Below, in pieces: positions 9,996 to 20,916 of a stretch of 64,000 nt of DNA. Position numbers and translations under genes: made by a program. Location of the stretch: positions 32,001 to 96,000 of the forward strand of contig CAVUDP010000003.1 of assembly GCA_963740315.1 (NCBI GenBank), written 5' to 3'. The first letter of the stretch is position 1, and each line of letters opens with the position of its first letter. This DNA is from an uncultured cyanobacterium. Lineage in GTDB: Bacteria > Cyanobacteriota > Cyanobacteriia > Cyanobacteriales > Nostocaceae. The notes beneath the pieces are model-generated. The model saw only the letters and a list, made by a program, of their open reading frames with translations, made no database searches and was not told where the DNA came from.

Positions 9996-12614
9996 CTCGA
10001 CGATCATTCCCCGAACTAAAATCACGGTACAATCAACGCCGGATGCGATCGCTCCTGGAATATTGCCTTTGATGGCTTGTTGTAACATTCCTTCGCGGGA
10101 AGCACCTAAAATAACTACATCAGATTCATCAGTTTTTACTAGGTTAATTATTCCTCGATCCACCGAATTGGATCTAAGAGGTACGGTTGTTATTTGATTA
10201 GGTAACTTATAGATATCAATAAGCTGATGCCTAGCCGCTTGCAATACTTTTGTATCCGGTTCGTCAGATAAAGGAAACACTTGTGTAAGATCGATTTTTA
10301 ATTTCTTGTTTGAAGCAGCTAAAGCAGGCAATAATTTAAGCGCTATTTTTGAATTTGGTCCTCCAGCCATTGGTACTAAGCAACTATTAAAACTAGTTGG
10401 AATCAAAGAATCCTTCTGTAAGTTTGTGTTTAAATCTTTTCCTAACTTTACTAACATTACTTCACAGCTAGCTTGGCGGATTATGGTGTCTACAACATTA
10501 CCAAAGATACGACCGGGGGTAGAAGTACCACCTTTCCACCCCATTAAAACTGTATTTATATTTCTATCTTTAATAGTTTCTAAAGTTGCATTGGCGACAT
10601 TATGAGCAACTCGGATTTGCGTGTGTACGGGAACTTGCCATTTTTTACCCATTATCTCCGCAGATAATAATAAGGCGCGACTTTGTGCTGTTTTGACGGG
10701 GGTTTCCGCTGGTTTATTATGACTAGAAATGGTAATTACTTGCAAACATTCAATTTCGTAGCGGTTATATTTAGCTATTGTTGCTGCTAGATTTAATAAC
10801 GTGTCTGCGCTTTCGGGGTTGGCAACTAAAACCAATAATCTGCCTCGCCCAACGCTCGGTGACTGAGTTTGATAAACCGTATAAGAAGGCTTTATTTTCG
10901 GTTGGTTGGGAGCGCTTTTACAGTTGAGATAGTTTGCTTCGGCTCGAATAATATCTCCCCGACTAATCATTCCTACTAGTCTTCTTCCTTCTAAAACTGG
11001 TAAGCGGCTAATTTGATGTCGGTCTAACAAATATAGGACGTTGCTTAAATTATGTTTAGCAGTAATCGTTACCGGATGGGATGTCATGATTTCACTTACA
11101 CCCGCATCTCTAGATAACTTTCCTTCCCTTATTTTCATCAAATCGCTTTGAGTGATAACACCTACCAGCTTTGTATTATCTAATACGGGAAAGCCGCGTT
11201 GGGTAGAATGAGAAAAAGCCTGTATTGCTTCATCTACGGTCATTTGTTCTTGCAGAGTTTCCACCTGACGCTGCATAACTTCTTGTGCGGTTAAATTAAT
11301 GAATCTACTATTGACAGGCATTTCTGTATCAATATCAATACCATTTAATTGCAAAAGCTTGGCATATAGCGAACCCGGTATTAATTTATCGGCAACTAAA
11401 TAAGATGTTACACAACCAATCATTAATGGTAATACCAGATTGAAATCTGTAGTAATCTCAAAAATAATCATAATTGCGGTAATTGGGACTTTAGAAACCG
11501 CGCTAAAAAAAGCTCCCATGCCTACCAAGGCGTAAGTATTGGGGGTACTGAACCCCAAAATTTGGAATTCAACAACGCCAACTAAATATCCCAAGCAAGA
11601 ACCTAGAATAAGACTGGGAGCAAATAAACCTCCTGGCGCTCCCGAACCAAATGCTACTAATGTCAGAATAAATTGAGCAACAAATACTAGCGCGACTCTA
11701 TAAATGCTTGGCTCACCGTCAATAATAAATAGTCGCAAACCAGTATTATTGCGAAATCCTTCGGGTAAAATCGCGATCGCAATACCACAAATCAAGCCAG
11801 CTAAAGCTATTCTAAAGGGCAAACTTACACCCAATTTTTTATAATAGCTCAGGCTTAAAAGTAAACCTTTTCTGAATAATGCAGCAAGTAAACCTGCCAA
11901 AATACCCAAAAGCAAGTAAAAAGGAAGTTCTGTAATTATAAAACTGCTTTTCGACTCTATTAATTCCAGGTTGAGTTGCAAACTTCTACCGCCCAACAGC
12001 CGAGAAAGCACCCCACCAATAAATGAGGCGATAATGGCAGTTCCCAGAGTCAATCCCGACAAATCCTGGAGTAATTCTTCGACAACAAATAATATACCCG
12101 TAATTGGAGCATTGAAAGCCGCCGCCAATCCCGCACCCGCACCCGCCGCGATCATTTGTCGGCGATGATCCGGAGAAGTGGGAAACACGCGACTCATTCC
12201 CGAAGCTAAAGCCGCGCCAACGTGAACGGTAGGCCCTTGTCTTCCCAGAGTCATTCCCGAACCCAAGGTAAGAATAGTGCTAACCAACTTTACCAACGCT
12301 ACCCGCCAAGTTAATTTGATCGGTATATTCGCCAGAGAAGCTTTCACTTGAGGAACACCGCTACCACTTGCCTCTGGTGCTAAATTTTCGATCAAAAAGC
12401 CAGCCAAAAAACCAAAGCTAGCACCAATTAACGGTAAAGCTAAAAACGCTGGGATTGCGTAAGAAGAATTGACTCGAAACGTTCCCAACCATCCCGAACT
12501 CGATCTGAGAAATATTGCGGATAATGCCGCAACTATTCCAATAACACAAGCTTCTGCAATTGCTAAACCTCTTCTTGGCTGCCAGAAATCGCGAAAGTAT
12601 TTATTCAGAAACAT
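9990..12614 (-). CDS. ClC chloride channel/antiporter with tandem CBS domains and C-terminal USP-like domains
   Basis: GSGVPQ, LGRQGPTV, GGLFAP motifs; CBS pair; USP-type ILGASREG. Confidence 0.9.
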   Translation of the reverse strand: MFLNKYFRDFWQPRRGLAIAEACVIGIVAALSAIFLRSSSGWLGTFRVNSSYAIPAFLALPLIGASFGFLAGFLIENLAPEASGSGVPQVKASLANIPIKLTWRVALVKLVSTILTLGSGMTLGRQGPTVHVGAALASGMSRVFPTSPDHRRQMIAAGAGAGLAAAFNAPITGILFVVEELLQDLSGLTLGTAIIASFIGGVLSRLLGGRSLQLNLELIESKSSFIITELPFYLLLGILAGLLAALFRKGLLLSLSYYKKLGVSLPFRIALAGLICGIAIAILPEGFRNNTGLRLFIIDGEPSIYRVALVFVAQFILTLVAFGSGAPGGLFAPSLILGSCLGYLVGVVEFQILGFSTPNTYALVGMGAFFSAVSKVPITAIMIIFEITTDFNLVLPLMIGCVTSYLVADKLIPGSLYAKLLQLNGIDIDTEMPVNSRFINLTAQEVMQRQVETLQEQMTVDEAIQAFSHSTQRGFPVLDNTKLVGVITQSDLMKIREGKLSRDAGVSEIMTSHPVTITAKHNLSNVLYLLDRHQISRLPVLEGRRLVGMISRGDIIRAEANYLNCKSAPNQPKIKPSYTVYQTQSPSVGRGRLLVLVANPESADTLLNLAATIAKYNRYEIECLQVITISSHNKPAETPVKTAQSRALLLSAEIMGKKWQVPVHTQIRVAHNVANATLETIKDRNINTVLMGWKGGTSTPGRIFGNVVDTIIRQASCEVMLVKLGKDLNTNLQKDSLIPTSFNSCLVPMAGGPNSKIALKLLPALAASNKKLKIDLTQVFPLSDEPDTKVLQAARHQLIDIYKLPNQITTVPLRSNSVDRGIINLVKTDESDVVILGASREGMLQQAIKGNIPGAIASGVDCTVILVRGMIVEQ

Positions 12615-13002
12615 ATTGCAGCATTACTAATTCGTAATTCTCCTGTAACTGCACCTTTACGAGTAAACGTAATTTGTAATGATGAAAAAATATATTTATT
12701 CCAATAAACGAGCCATTTTTGTATCTATTTCGCCTATGTTGGCTAAAATCCCCAAAATACTGTTATTAATTAATCTACAATATTTTTTGATTTAATAAAA
12801 GTAAACTTAAGAATAGCATTGAGGAATTTTAGTAATAGTAATATAGAATAACATTCTCTTCTGTTGTAAGCAAAAGTAGTTGAGAAATAACCAATTTATT
12901 AATAATTTGTTACTTTTAATTATTTATACCTTTATATATGAGAAAATTTTATTGATAATTACGAATTACCTTCACCCTGGGAGGGTAAAGTTTTAAAACG
13001 AA

Positions 13003-14301
13003 TTACGAACTATTTTTACCAGTACTAGATAATCCATCAACTATCAAAGATGGAGTATAACAAGAGCCATTCCAATCAGCATCTCCACCGAGTTTAATTA
13101 ACTGTTTTAAAGCTGTATAAATATTGCCAGATACCATCGTATCTTTAACACGTCCGGTAACTTCACCTTTTTGGACGCGATAACCCAAATCGATATTGAT
13201 AGAAAAGTCACCGGAAATGCCGCCACCTCCGCCAAGCATCTGGTCTACAATCAAACCGTTATCCATTTCTTTGATTAATTCTTCCAAGCTTCCAGTTCCT
13301 GGTTGTATGAGGAAATTAAATAAACCAGGAGTCGGGTAACTACTTAAACTAGGACGAAAACCATTACCAGTAGTCTCCATTCTCAACTGTTTCCCCGTAG
13401 CGCGATCGCAATAAAAATGTTGCAATATTCCGTCTTGAATAAAAATCAACTTGTGGGTGGGAGTACCTTCATCATCAAAAGGACAACTATAAGGTCCGGC
13501 AGTTGGATCTTGATAAAGAGTAAGGTGCGGTGAAACCACTGGTTTATCGATACGTTCCCCCCAAGGAGAAGAACCTTCTAACACCCGTTTACCGTTGAGT
13601 GCGGCGATTATAGTACCCCAAAGCATATCAGCAGCCTTAGAAGTAAACAAAACTGGGATGCGGTTATTCGGTGCAGCTACATTTGATTGCGCCCAATTTA
13701 ACCGCTGTATAATTTGTTGAGCTAATGTATCGGGATCGAGTTTACCGCGTTCGGTTTGACCATCCGCAACGCTTAAGAAATCATCTCCTCGTACCCATTC
13801 CGCCGAAGTATAGCAGCTGAGCGTTGTATCGGTATAGTGAGAATCCAAACCCTGAGTATTAATTAATCTCGTGGTTTCTACATCGCATTCCCAATCACCA
13901 TTACAAATAACATCCGGGTAGACATCGCGAATCAAACCAATAGTTTGCTTACCCCATTCCACCAGCTTTTCTGGCGGTACATCTTCACCCAAATTCGGAT
14001 AAACAATTTGAGAATCGCCAGTTAATTCCGCTTCTTGGGGCTGATTTAACTGACTCAAAGCGATCGCGCGTTTAACCATCGTCTGTGCTTCCACCGGACC
14101 ATTTGCCACAGTAAGTCCCGGACGACCTTGATACCATAATCGTAATGCAGTCCCCGTGCTTTGATTGCTTTCAAGTTGTTTCAGACGATTCGCTTCAAAA
14201 AACACTGGCTTTGAGTGCGATCGCGATTCATAAACCTCAGCTTCAGTTGCACCAGACTTTATAGCGACTTCCAAAAGTTGCTCCGCCAAATCATTAGTCA
14301 T
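13003..14301 (-). CDS. pmbA: TldD/PmbA family protein (PmbA-like)
   Basis: PFDDEG, TTGNG, SGDFS motifs; no HExxxH seen. Confidence 0.82.
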   Translation of the reverse strand: MTNDLAEQLLEVAIKSGATEAEVYESRSHSKPVFFEANRLKQLESNQSTGTALRLWYQGRPGLTVANGPVEAQTMVKRAIALSQLNQPQEAELTGDSQIVYPNLGEDVPPEKLVEWGKQTIGLIRDVYPDVICNGDWECDVETTRLINTQGLDSHYTDTTLSCYTSAEWVRGDDFLSVADGQTERGKLDPDTLAQQIIQRLNWAQSNVAAPNNRIPVLFTSKAADMLWGTIIAALNGKRVLEGSSPWGERIDKPVVSPHLTLYQDPTAGPYSCPFDDEGTPTHKLIFIQDGILQHFYCDRATGKQLRMETTGNGFRPSLSSYPTPGLFNFLIQPGTGSLEELIKEMDNGLIVDQMLGGGGGISGDFSINIDLGYRVQKGEVTGRVKDTMVSGNIYTALKQLIKLGGDADWNGSCYTPSLIVDGLSSTGKNSS

Positions 14302-14600
14302 TAGTTGTTAGTTGTTAGTTGTTAGTTGTTAGGAGTTAGGAGTTAGGAATTAGGAATTAAGAGTTAATACTTGTCCCCTTGTCTCCCCCGAACCCCCGAA
14401 CCCCCGCTCGCCGCACGCTCCGCGTGTTCAGCGCGGCACGACTCGTTAGAGTAACGGGTTGCGCCACTTCTCTCAACGGTCGTGTTCCTCCGCACGTTTT
14501 GGGCTTACCATCTCCCCCGAACCCCCGAACCCCCTCTCCCCCGAACCCCATCCCCCCATCTCCCCCTCTCCCCCGAACCCCCGAACCCCATCCCCTCTCA
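14301..14600. repeat. Composite repeat region: STRRs (TTAGTTG, TTAGGAG, CCCCGAAC) with GC-rich SDR-like inserts
   Basis: Heptamer/octamer repeats interrupted by a GC-rich stretch at ~14407-14505. Confidence 0.75.
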
Positions 14601-14601
14601 A

Positions 14602-15459
14602 TCAAATTTCTTTTAACAACCAAAACCCAGCAAAGGATTCGGAATTGGGATCTGACTGTACTCCAATAAAGTGAACGCCGTTAGCTTTTTGTTTGGCTTG
14701 TTCAAAATTATTTGCTTCTGCTTGCATTTGAGGATTTTTAATATTTGCCAAAATCCAGCTTTCAGTTGCACCCGTTTCTAAAATTAATCTTGGTTGCTTG
14801 GCAGTATCAAACCTTAACCAAGCTAATTCTAAACCAGACAGCCAGCCAGCTATAGGTAATGCTCTATTTGTTGAGTAAATCAAAACGCCGGGAATCTTAG
14901 TTTCAGGTTGTATTTGGGCTAACTCTAAAGGAAAAGCTTCGCCAAAATCAACATCCCACTCTGGCATATCCGCAAAATCAGCAGCACTTAAGGTAACAAA
15001 TCCTAATTGATCTCCTTCCAAAGCATCGGGTAAACGTTGAGGTAAAGGAGCATCCAATCGCACTGAGGGATTAGAACCACCTTGAAATCCCGGTTCTTGC
15101 GGATACACGGATTCCATCCGCTGTTGCAGCAATTGGTTGAGCGCTAATGTCCGACGGCTTGGTTGTGCCGGAATGCCGATGTCAAGGCAGGCTTTAGTAA
15201 TCATATTGTTCATTTGGCGGCGGAAAAAGCGGATTTTTACTGGCGCTTCTCCTGCTTTCTCTATTGCTTCTTGCAACGCCGTTTGCAACCATACGGAGTT
15301 AACTGTCGCACTCGAACAGTATTTAGCGTAATGAAATAAAGAATCAGTTTTGGTGCTTGTATCTAAAGGAGTTTCACAAATCAAGACTTCCCAAATTTTC
15401 TTATTATTTTCATCTAAAATTGGACGCGAGTAGTAATCGAGTTCCCAAATGCTGCCCAT
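14602..15459 (-). CDS. Tab2/Atab2 family RNA-binding protein (DUF1092); probable start MGSIWELD
   Basis: WELDYYSRPILDENNKKIWEVLIC N-terminus and FAGFWLL C-terminus. Confidence 0.85.
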   Translation of the reverse strand: MGSIWELDYYSRPILDENNKKIWEVLICETPLDTSTKTDSLFHYAKYCSSATVNSVWLQTALQEAIEKAGEAPVKIRFFRRQMNNMITKACLDIGIPAQPSRRTLALNQLLQQRMESVYPQEPGFQGGSNPSVRLDAPLPQRLPDALEGDQLGFVTLSAADFADMPEWDVDFGEAFPLELAQIQPETKIPGVLIYSTNRALPIAGWLSGLELAWLRFDTAKQPRLILETGATESWILANIKNPQMQAEANNFEQAKQKANGVHFIGVQSDPNSESFAGFWLLKEI

Positions 15460-15714
15460 ATTATGCCGAAATCCTAAGTCGCACTTTATATCTATTTTCA
15501 TGATACGAGTCTATGGGCAACTGTTGAAGGGGCGAGCGTCGGCTTTAACTCGATTTTAAATGGTTAATTTGGGATCTGAGATTCCAGCCAAGCAATAAGT
15601 AGGAATATTACGGTTAAAAATATTTGTAGTAAAAAAGATAAATTATATAAATTATTACTTTTCTTTTGGGAAATATAGATCATAAGCAATACTAATCATA
15701 TAGATATAGATAAA

Positions 15715-18000
15715 ATGATACTTTGCAATAGTGCCAGCCAGCCTTTCGATTTAGCTATAGTTATGAAAGCTTTAGAAGCCATACAAAGCGAAATAAATTT
15801 GGAAAATCTACCTCCCAGGGTGCTGCATATTATTTTAGAAAATGCTGGCGCTCAAAAAGGTTGTTTGATATTAGAAAAAGACAAACAATTTTTTGTAGAA
15901 GCAATTGAGAATAACGAAAAAAGCAATCAAATTATAGCTCGATCGATGACCGTAGCTGAATGCTCAGATATACCTCAAAAGATAATCAATTATGTTATCA
16001 AAACTCAAGAACTTTTGATAATTAAAAATGCAGTAGATTCTATTTATAATCAAGACGGTTACATTAAAAAATATCAATGCAAATCGATTCTCTGCCTGCC
16101 GATTGTATTTAAAAGCAACTTTATTGGTATCTTTTATTTAGAAAATAATTTAACAACAGACGCATTTACTCCAGAAAAATTAGAATTTATTAAAATATTT
16201 GTTTCTCAAACTGCTATTGCCATAAAAAACGCTCGTTTATTTGCCAGCGAACAAGAAAAATCGCGAATTCTTATATTTAGAAGCGAAATTGATTCAACAT
16301 TAGCAAAAAGCCACGATTTGCAAAAAATGCTGCAACAATGCACGGAAATTATCGTATCTTACTTAGATGTAGCATTTGCAAGAATTTGGACTCATAATCC
16401 GCAAGAAAAACTATTAAATTTGCAATCCAGCGCTGGAATTTATACGCATATTGATGGCGCACATAGCCGCATACCTGTAGGTAAATTTAAAATTGGCTTA
16501 ATTGCACAAGAGCGTAAACCTCATATTACTAATTCAGTGCAAACCAATCCAAGAGTAAGCGATAAAGAATGGGCTATTCGTGAAGAAATGGTAGCTTTTG
16601 CTGGATACCCGTTGATAGCCGATTCAGAAGTTATGGGTGTCGTCGCGATGTTTTCCAAACAGCAATTAAATCAAAATACCATCGATTTATTAAGTTTCAT
16701 TGCTGGAGAAATTGCTGTTGCAATTAAACGTAAACAGATAGAAGAAGCTTTACAACAAAAAGAAGAACAATACCGCAGCATTTTTGAAACCGTAAATGAT
16801 GGACTTTCAATATTTGATTTAGAAACTGCTAAACTTGTGGCTGTAAATCCGACAGTATGTCAAACGTATGGCTATTCAAGTGAAGAATTTCTGACTTTAG
16901 AAGCCTCAGACTACGTTGATGCAAATTATCTCTATTTATTTAAAGAATTTCTTGAAACGATTAAAGCTGGTAAGGAATTTTATTGTCAAGCTGTTTGTAT
17001 TCATAAAAACGGTACGCTATTTGATGTTGAGGTAAAAGCCACAGCTTATATTTACAATGGAAAATCTCATGCATTAACAATTACCAGAGATATTAGCGAT
17101 CGCAAACGCGCCGAAACAAGATTAAAACAGCGCACGCAAGAATTAGAGCAAACTTTAGTAAAATTACAATCGACTCAATCACAACTGATCCAAACCGAAA
17201 AAATATCTCAACTCGGACAACTTGTTGCTGGTGTTGCCCACGAAGTAAATAATCCCGTTGGTTTTATTTCTGGTAATTTATCTCATGCAGAAGGATATAT
17301 ACAAGATTTAATTAATTTACTAAATTTGTATCAACAAGAATTTCCCAATCCTGGAAACGTTATTCAAGAAGAAATCGCAGCAATTGACTTAGAATACTTA
17401 CTCGAAGATTTGCCTGCAATGATTTCTTCAATGAAATTGGGTGCCGATCGCATTAAGGATATCATGCTATCGTTACGCAACTATTCCCGTACCACTTCTG
17501 ATGAAAAGAAAGCCGTAAATTTACATGAAGGTATCGATACTACCTTGATGATTTTATCTCATCGTCTGAAAGCAAAACCAGAACGTCCAGCAATTCAAGT
17601 TGTAAAAAAATATGCCGATTTACCTTTAGTTAAATGCTATTCCGGTCAAATTAACCAAGTATTTATGAATTTGTTTTCTAACGCTATTGATGCTTTGGAG
17701 GAATCAAACCAAGGCAAAAGTTATGAAGAAATTAATCAAAATCCTAACATAATTACAGTCACTACCGCCGTCGATGTACCTTGGGCAAATATAATCATTG
17801 CAGATAACGGAACGGGAATTCCGACTCAAGTAAAACAAAAATTATTTGATGCTTTCTTCACTACTAAGGTAGAAGGAAAAGGTACTGGCTTAGGATTATC
17901 AATTAGTTATCAAATTATCACAGAAAAGCACGGTGGAACTTTAGAATGTGTGTCTTCGCCGGGGAATGGAGCTAAGTTTATTATCCGGATTCCGCTTTAA
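15715..18000 (+). CDS. GAF-GAF-PAS sensor histidine kinase
   Basis: AGVAHEVNNP H-box, QVFMNLFSNAIDA N-box, DNGTGI, GKGTGLGL; two GAF and one PAS domain. Confidence 0.9.
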   Translation: MILCNSASQPFDLAIVMKALEAIQSEINLENLPPRVLHIILENAGAQKGCLILEKDKQFFVEAIENNEKSNQIIARSMTVAECSDIPQKIINYVIKTQELLIIKNAVDSIYNQDGYIKKYQCKSILCLPIVFKSNFIGIFYLENNLTTDAFTPEKLEFIKIFVSQTAIAIKNARLFASEQEKSRILIFRSEIDSTLAKSHDLQKMLQQCTEIIVSYLDVAFARIWTHNPQEKLLNLQSSAGIYTHIDGAHSRIPVGKFKIGLIAQERKPHITNSVQTNPRVSDKEWAIREEMVAFAGYPLIADSEVMGVVAMFSKQQLNQNTIDLLSFIAGEIAVAIKRKQIEEALQQKEEQYRSIFETVNDGLSIFDLETAKLVAVNPTVCQTYGYSSEEFLTLEASDYVDANYLYLFKEFLETIKAGKEFYCQAVCIHKNGTLFDVEVKATAYIYNGKSHALTITRDISDRKRAETRLKQRTQELEQTLVKLQSTQSQLIQTEKISQLGQLVAGVAHEVNNPVGFISGNLSHAEGYIQDLINLLNLYQQEFPNPGNVIQEEIAAIDLEYLLEDLPAMISSMKLGADRIKDIMLSLRNYSRTTSDEKKAVNLHEGIDTTLMILSHRLKAKPERPAIQVVKKYADLPLVKCYSGQINQVFMNLFSNAIDALEESNQGKSYEEINQNPNIITVTTAVDVPWANIIIADNGTGIPTQVKQKLFDAFFTTKVEGKGTGLGLSISYQIITEKHGGTLECVSSPGNGAKFIIRIPL

Positions 18001-18099
18001 TCATCTTGGTGGTGAATAGATTGGGAATAGGGCATTAGTAATTATTATTTGCTAGATCCACGGTGCGAAGTAACACAGTAACGGTAAAATAATCTGTAT

Positions 18100-18870
18100 T
18101 TGTCTAGCATCACACATCGAATTATGATTATGTCTACACTCGAAACTGCATTTAGCGATCGCCGCGTGCTGAAAGTCATCAGCGGCTTGAATAACTTCGA
18201 TCCTAACCGCGTTGCTGCAACCGTGAAAGCAGCACACCACGGTGGCGCAACTTTTCTTGATATCGCTGCCGATGCCGATTTGGTAAAAATGGCGAAACAG
18301 TTGACCGATTTACCAATTTGTGTTTCAGCAGTAGAACCCGAAAAATTTCTAAAAGCAGTTGCAGCTGGTGCCGATTTAATTGAAATAGGTAACTTTGATT
18401 CTTTCTACGCTCGTGGAATCAGATTTGAAGCTGAAGAAGTTTTAGCTTTAACCAAACAAACCCGCGCCTTACTTCCTCGAATCGCGCTTTCTGTAACCGT
18501 TCCCCATATCCTTACATTAGACAAACAGGTGCAGTTAGCAGAAGAATTGGTTGCAGCTGGTGCAGATATTATTCAAACAGAAGGCGGTACCAGCAGCAAA
18601 CCTCAAAACGCAGGTACATTAGGATTAATTGAAAAAGCCGCTCCCACCTTAGCAGCAGCCTACGAAATTGCTCGCATCGTTTCAGTACCAGTACTCTGCG
18701 CTTCCGGAATTTCCAGCGTTACCGCACCCTTAGCGATCGCTGCTGGTGCTGCTGGTGTCGGAGTTGGTTCCGCAATCAACCAGCTTAATAGTGAAGTCGC
18801 GATGATTGCTGCTGTACGCGGATTAGTTGAAGCGATCGCAACCGAACACAAAGTAGAAGTTAGCAATTAA
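18100..18870 (+). CDS. ycf23: DUF561 / Ycf23 family TIM-barrel protein
   Basis: LKVISGLNNFD, IEIGNFDSFY, IQTEGGTS. Confidence 0.82.
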   Translation: MSSITHRIMIMSTLETAFSDRRVLKVISGLNNFDPNRVAATVKAAHHGGATFLDIAADADLVKMAKQLTDLPICVSAVEPEKFLKAVAAGADLIEIGNFDSFYARGIRFEAEEVLALTKQTRALLPRIALSVTVPHILTLDKQVQLAEELVAAGADIIQTEGGTSSKPQNAGTLGLIEKAAPTLAAAYEIARIVSVPVLCASGISSVTAPLAIAAGAAGVGVGSAINQLNSEVAMIAAVRGLVEAIATEHKVEVSN

Positions 18871-18875
18871 CAAAT

Positions 18876-19349
18876 GTAGAGACGCGATACCCTTGCGTCT
18901 CTACAAAATTTTGTGAAAAAACGAACCCATCAAAACTAATGTCGCTCCGTACTAATAGTTATTTTCATTAATTTTCACAGGTTTGTAGTAAGGGCTTAAG
19001 CCCCTCCGGATTCAGGGAACCGATGCCCTTCCATGCGAGGATTTTAATCGTCAGATGCGATTAAAACTCTTACTACGAACCTTTTTACCCATCAAAACTA
19101 ATGTCGCTCCTTACTAATACTCCAACACATTAATTCCGACGGGTTGTAGAGACGTAGCACTGCTACGTCTCCCGACATTTAGGAGAGAAAAAGGGAAACT
19201 AACCCATCAAAAATTATGCAATCAACCACTAATACTCCAACACATTAATTTTGATAGGTTTGTAGTAAGGGCATTGGTTCCCTAAATCCTAGCGCTAAAG
19301 CGCTTACTACGAACCTTTATTACTCATCAAAAATAATGATTTGGGCTAC
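18876..19349. repeat. Tandem array of MITE-like modules with shared ACCCATCAAAA/TTTTGATAGG arms and variable internal palindromes
   Basis: ACCCATCAAAA-like arm four times (~18925, ~19087, ~19202, ~19322), enclosing GTAGTAAGGG..CTTACTAC or GTAGAGACGTAGC..GCTACGTCT cores. Confidence 0.7.
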
Positions 19350-19480
19350 TAAGTAGGTTGGCGTTGAAAATTGTAATTAGGGCAAGGGAATAGGGAATAG
19401 GGAATAGGCAGTAGGGGTAAGGGTTTAAAGCTAATTTACATTTTGTTACATAGTTATGTTTATTTCTGCCTACCTACTTA
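19350..19480. mobile_element. MITE-like element with TAAGTAGG...CCTACTTA termini and internal (TAGGGAA)n
   Basis: Terminal inverted repeats; similar termini at 55815-55988. Confidence 0.65.
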
Positions 19481-19529
19481 TACGCTCTTAGCGCACGGGA
19501 AAGAAGTAAAAAGTAAAACGTTACAACTC

Positions 19530-20654
19530 CTAACTCATAATCTCTTTGATACTATAAACTACTTGATCTTGCTGTTGTTCTGAAAGTTCTGGGAACATGG
19601 GTAAAGATAAAACTTCGTTGCAAGCTTGTTCTGAAAACGGTAATTGTCCGGGATGATAGCCCAAACTTTGATAAACTGGCTGCAAGTGTAAAGGGTAGGG
19701 GTAGTAAATCGCCGTATTTACGCCTTTTTCTTTTAATTTATCGTGCAACAAATCTCTTTTATCGTTCTTAACGCGAATGGTGTATTGATTCCATACTCCG
19801 GTTGCTGCGGGTAATTCTTGGGGGATGGTAATACCGGGAATGTGACACAAAAGTTCGTGGTAACGAGAGGCAATTTTCTGCCTTTGCTGGTTCCAAGTAT
19901 CTAAATAACGTAGTTTAATTAATAAAATAGCTGCTTGAATAGAATCTAATCTGCTGTTGACACCAATTTCTTCGTATTGATATCTGTCTTTTTGACCGTG
20001 GCTTTTTAATACCCGTATCCTGGCTGCTGTTTCTGCATTACTAGTGGTAATTGCACCACCATCGCCACAACCCCCTAAATTCTTGGTGGGGTAAAAGCTG
20101 AAACAACCGATGTGTCCGATGCTTCCTACTTTTTGTTGATTCCACATTGCCCCTGTAGACTGGGCACAATCTTCTATTACCAACAAATCTTTTGAGGAGG
20201 CTAATTCCATCAACGCCGTCATATCAACGGGTTGTCCAAAAAGATGAACTGGAATAATGGCTTTAGTATTGGATGTTATCGCTGCCGCAACTTGCTGCAA
20301 ATCTAAGTTGTAAGTAGCTGGATCGATATCGACAAATACCGGCTTTGCACCCACGGAGCTAATAACTTCACAAGTAGCAACGAAAGTGAAAGGTGTTGTA
20401 ATTACTTCATCTCCCGCGCCAATATTGTAAGCCCTTAAAGCTAGGTAAAGAGCATCCGTACCTGAATTACAAGCTACGCATTCGCTGACATTTGTATAAG
20501 CCGCAAGCTGTTGTTCCAATCCTTCAACTAAAGGGCCACCAATATAACGTCCGGAAGATAGAACTTCTAAAACAGCTTCACTTACTTCTGCGGCGATCGT
20601 AGAATATTGCTGTTTGTTATCAAAAGCAGGAATAGAATTTACACTTTGAATCAT
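19530..20654 (-). CDS. DegT/DnrJ/EryC1/StrS PLP-dependent sugar aminotransferase
   Basis: NSGTDAL, IEDCAQS, FSFYPTKNLG, NSRLD motifs. Confidence 0.92.
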   Translation of the reverse strand: MIQSVNSIPAFDNKQQYSTIAAEVSEAVLEVLSSGRYIGGPLVEGLEQQLAAYTNVSECVACNSGTDALYLALRAYNIGAGDEVITTPFTFVATCEVISSVGAKPVFVDIDPATYNLDLQQVAAAITSNTKAIIPVHLFGQPVDMTALMELASSKDLLVIEDCAQSTGAMWNQQKVGSIGHIGCFSFYPTKNLGGCGDGGAITTSNAETAARIRVLKSHGQKDRYQYEEIGVNSRLDSIQAAILLIKLRYLDTWNQQRQKIASRYHELLCHIPGITIPQELPAATGVWNQYTIRVKNDKRDLLHDKLKEKGVNTAIYYPYPLHLQPVYQSLGYHPGQLPFSEQACNEVLSLPMFPELSEQQQDQVVYSIKEIMS

Positions 20655-20916
20655 GAGCTTTATTTTTATATGAATATAGATGATAATGCTGAATGACTGG
20701 TTAGATTTTTAATCATATTGCCGGTTTTATACTGTCACTCCTAATACTTTATTAACAAGACTCAAGCTTGATTTTTGGCAATATAACATCATCAGTTTCT
20801 ATGGTTGCCTGGAATATTTAATTTCGTATATTTATACATCGGCTAGCTAGCTTCATCCGATAAATACTTAGAACTTTATTCGATCGAAAAATAAATAGTA
20901 GTTTCAATAATTAATT

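Noticed and set aside
14357..14674. Three overlapping Pro/Gly-rich ORFs
   Set aside because: Derived from stop-free repeat DNA
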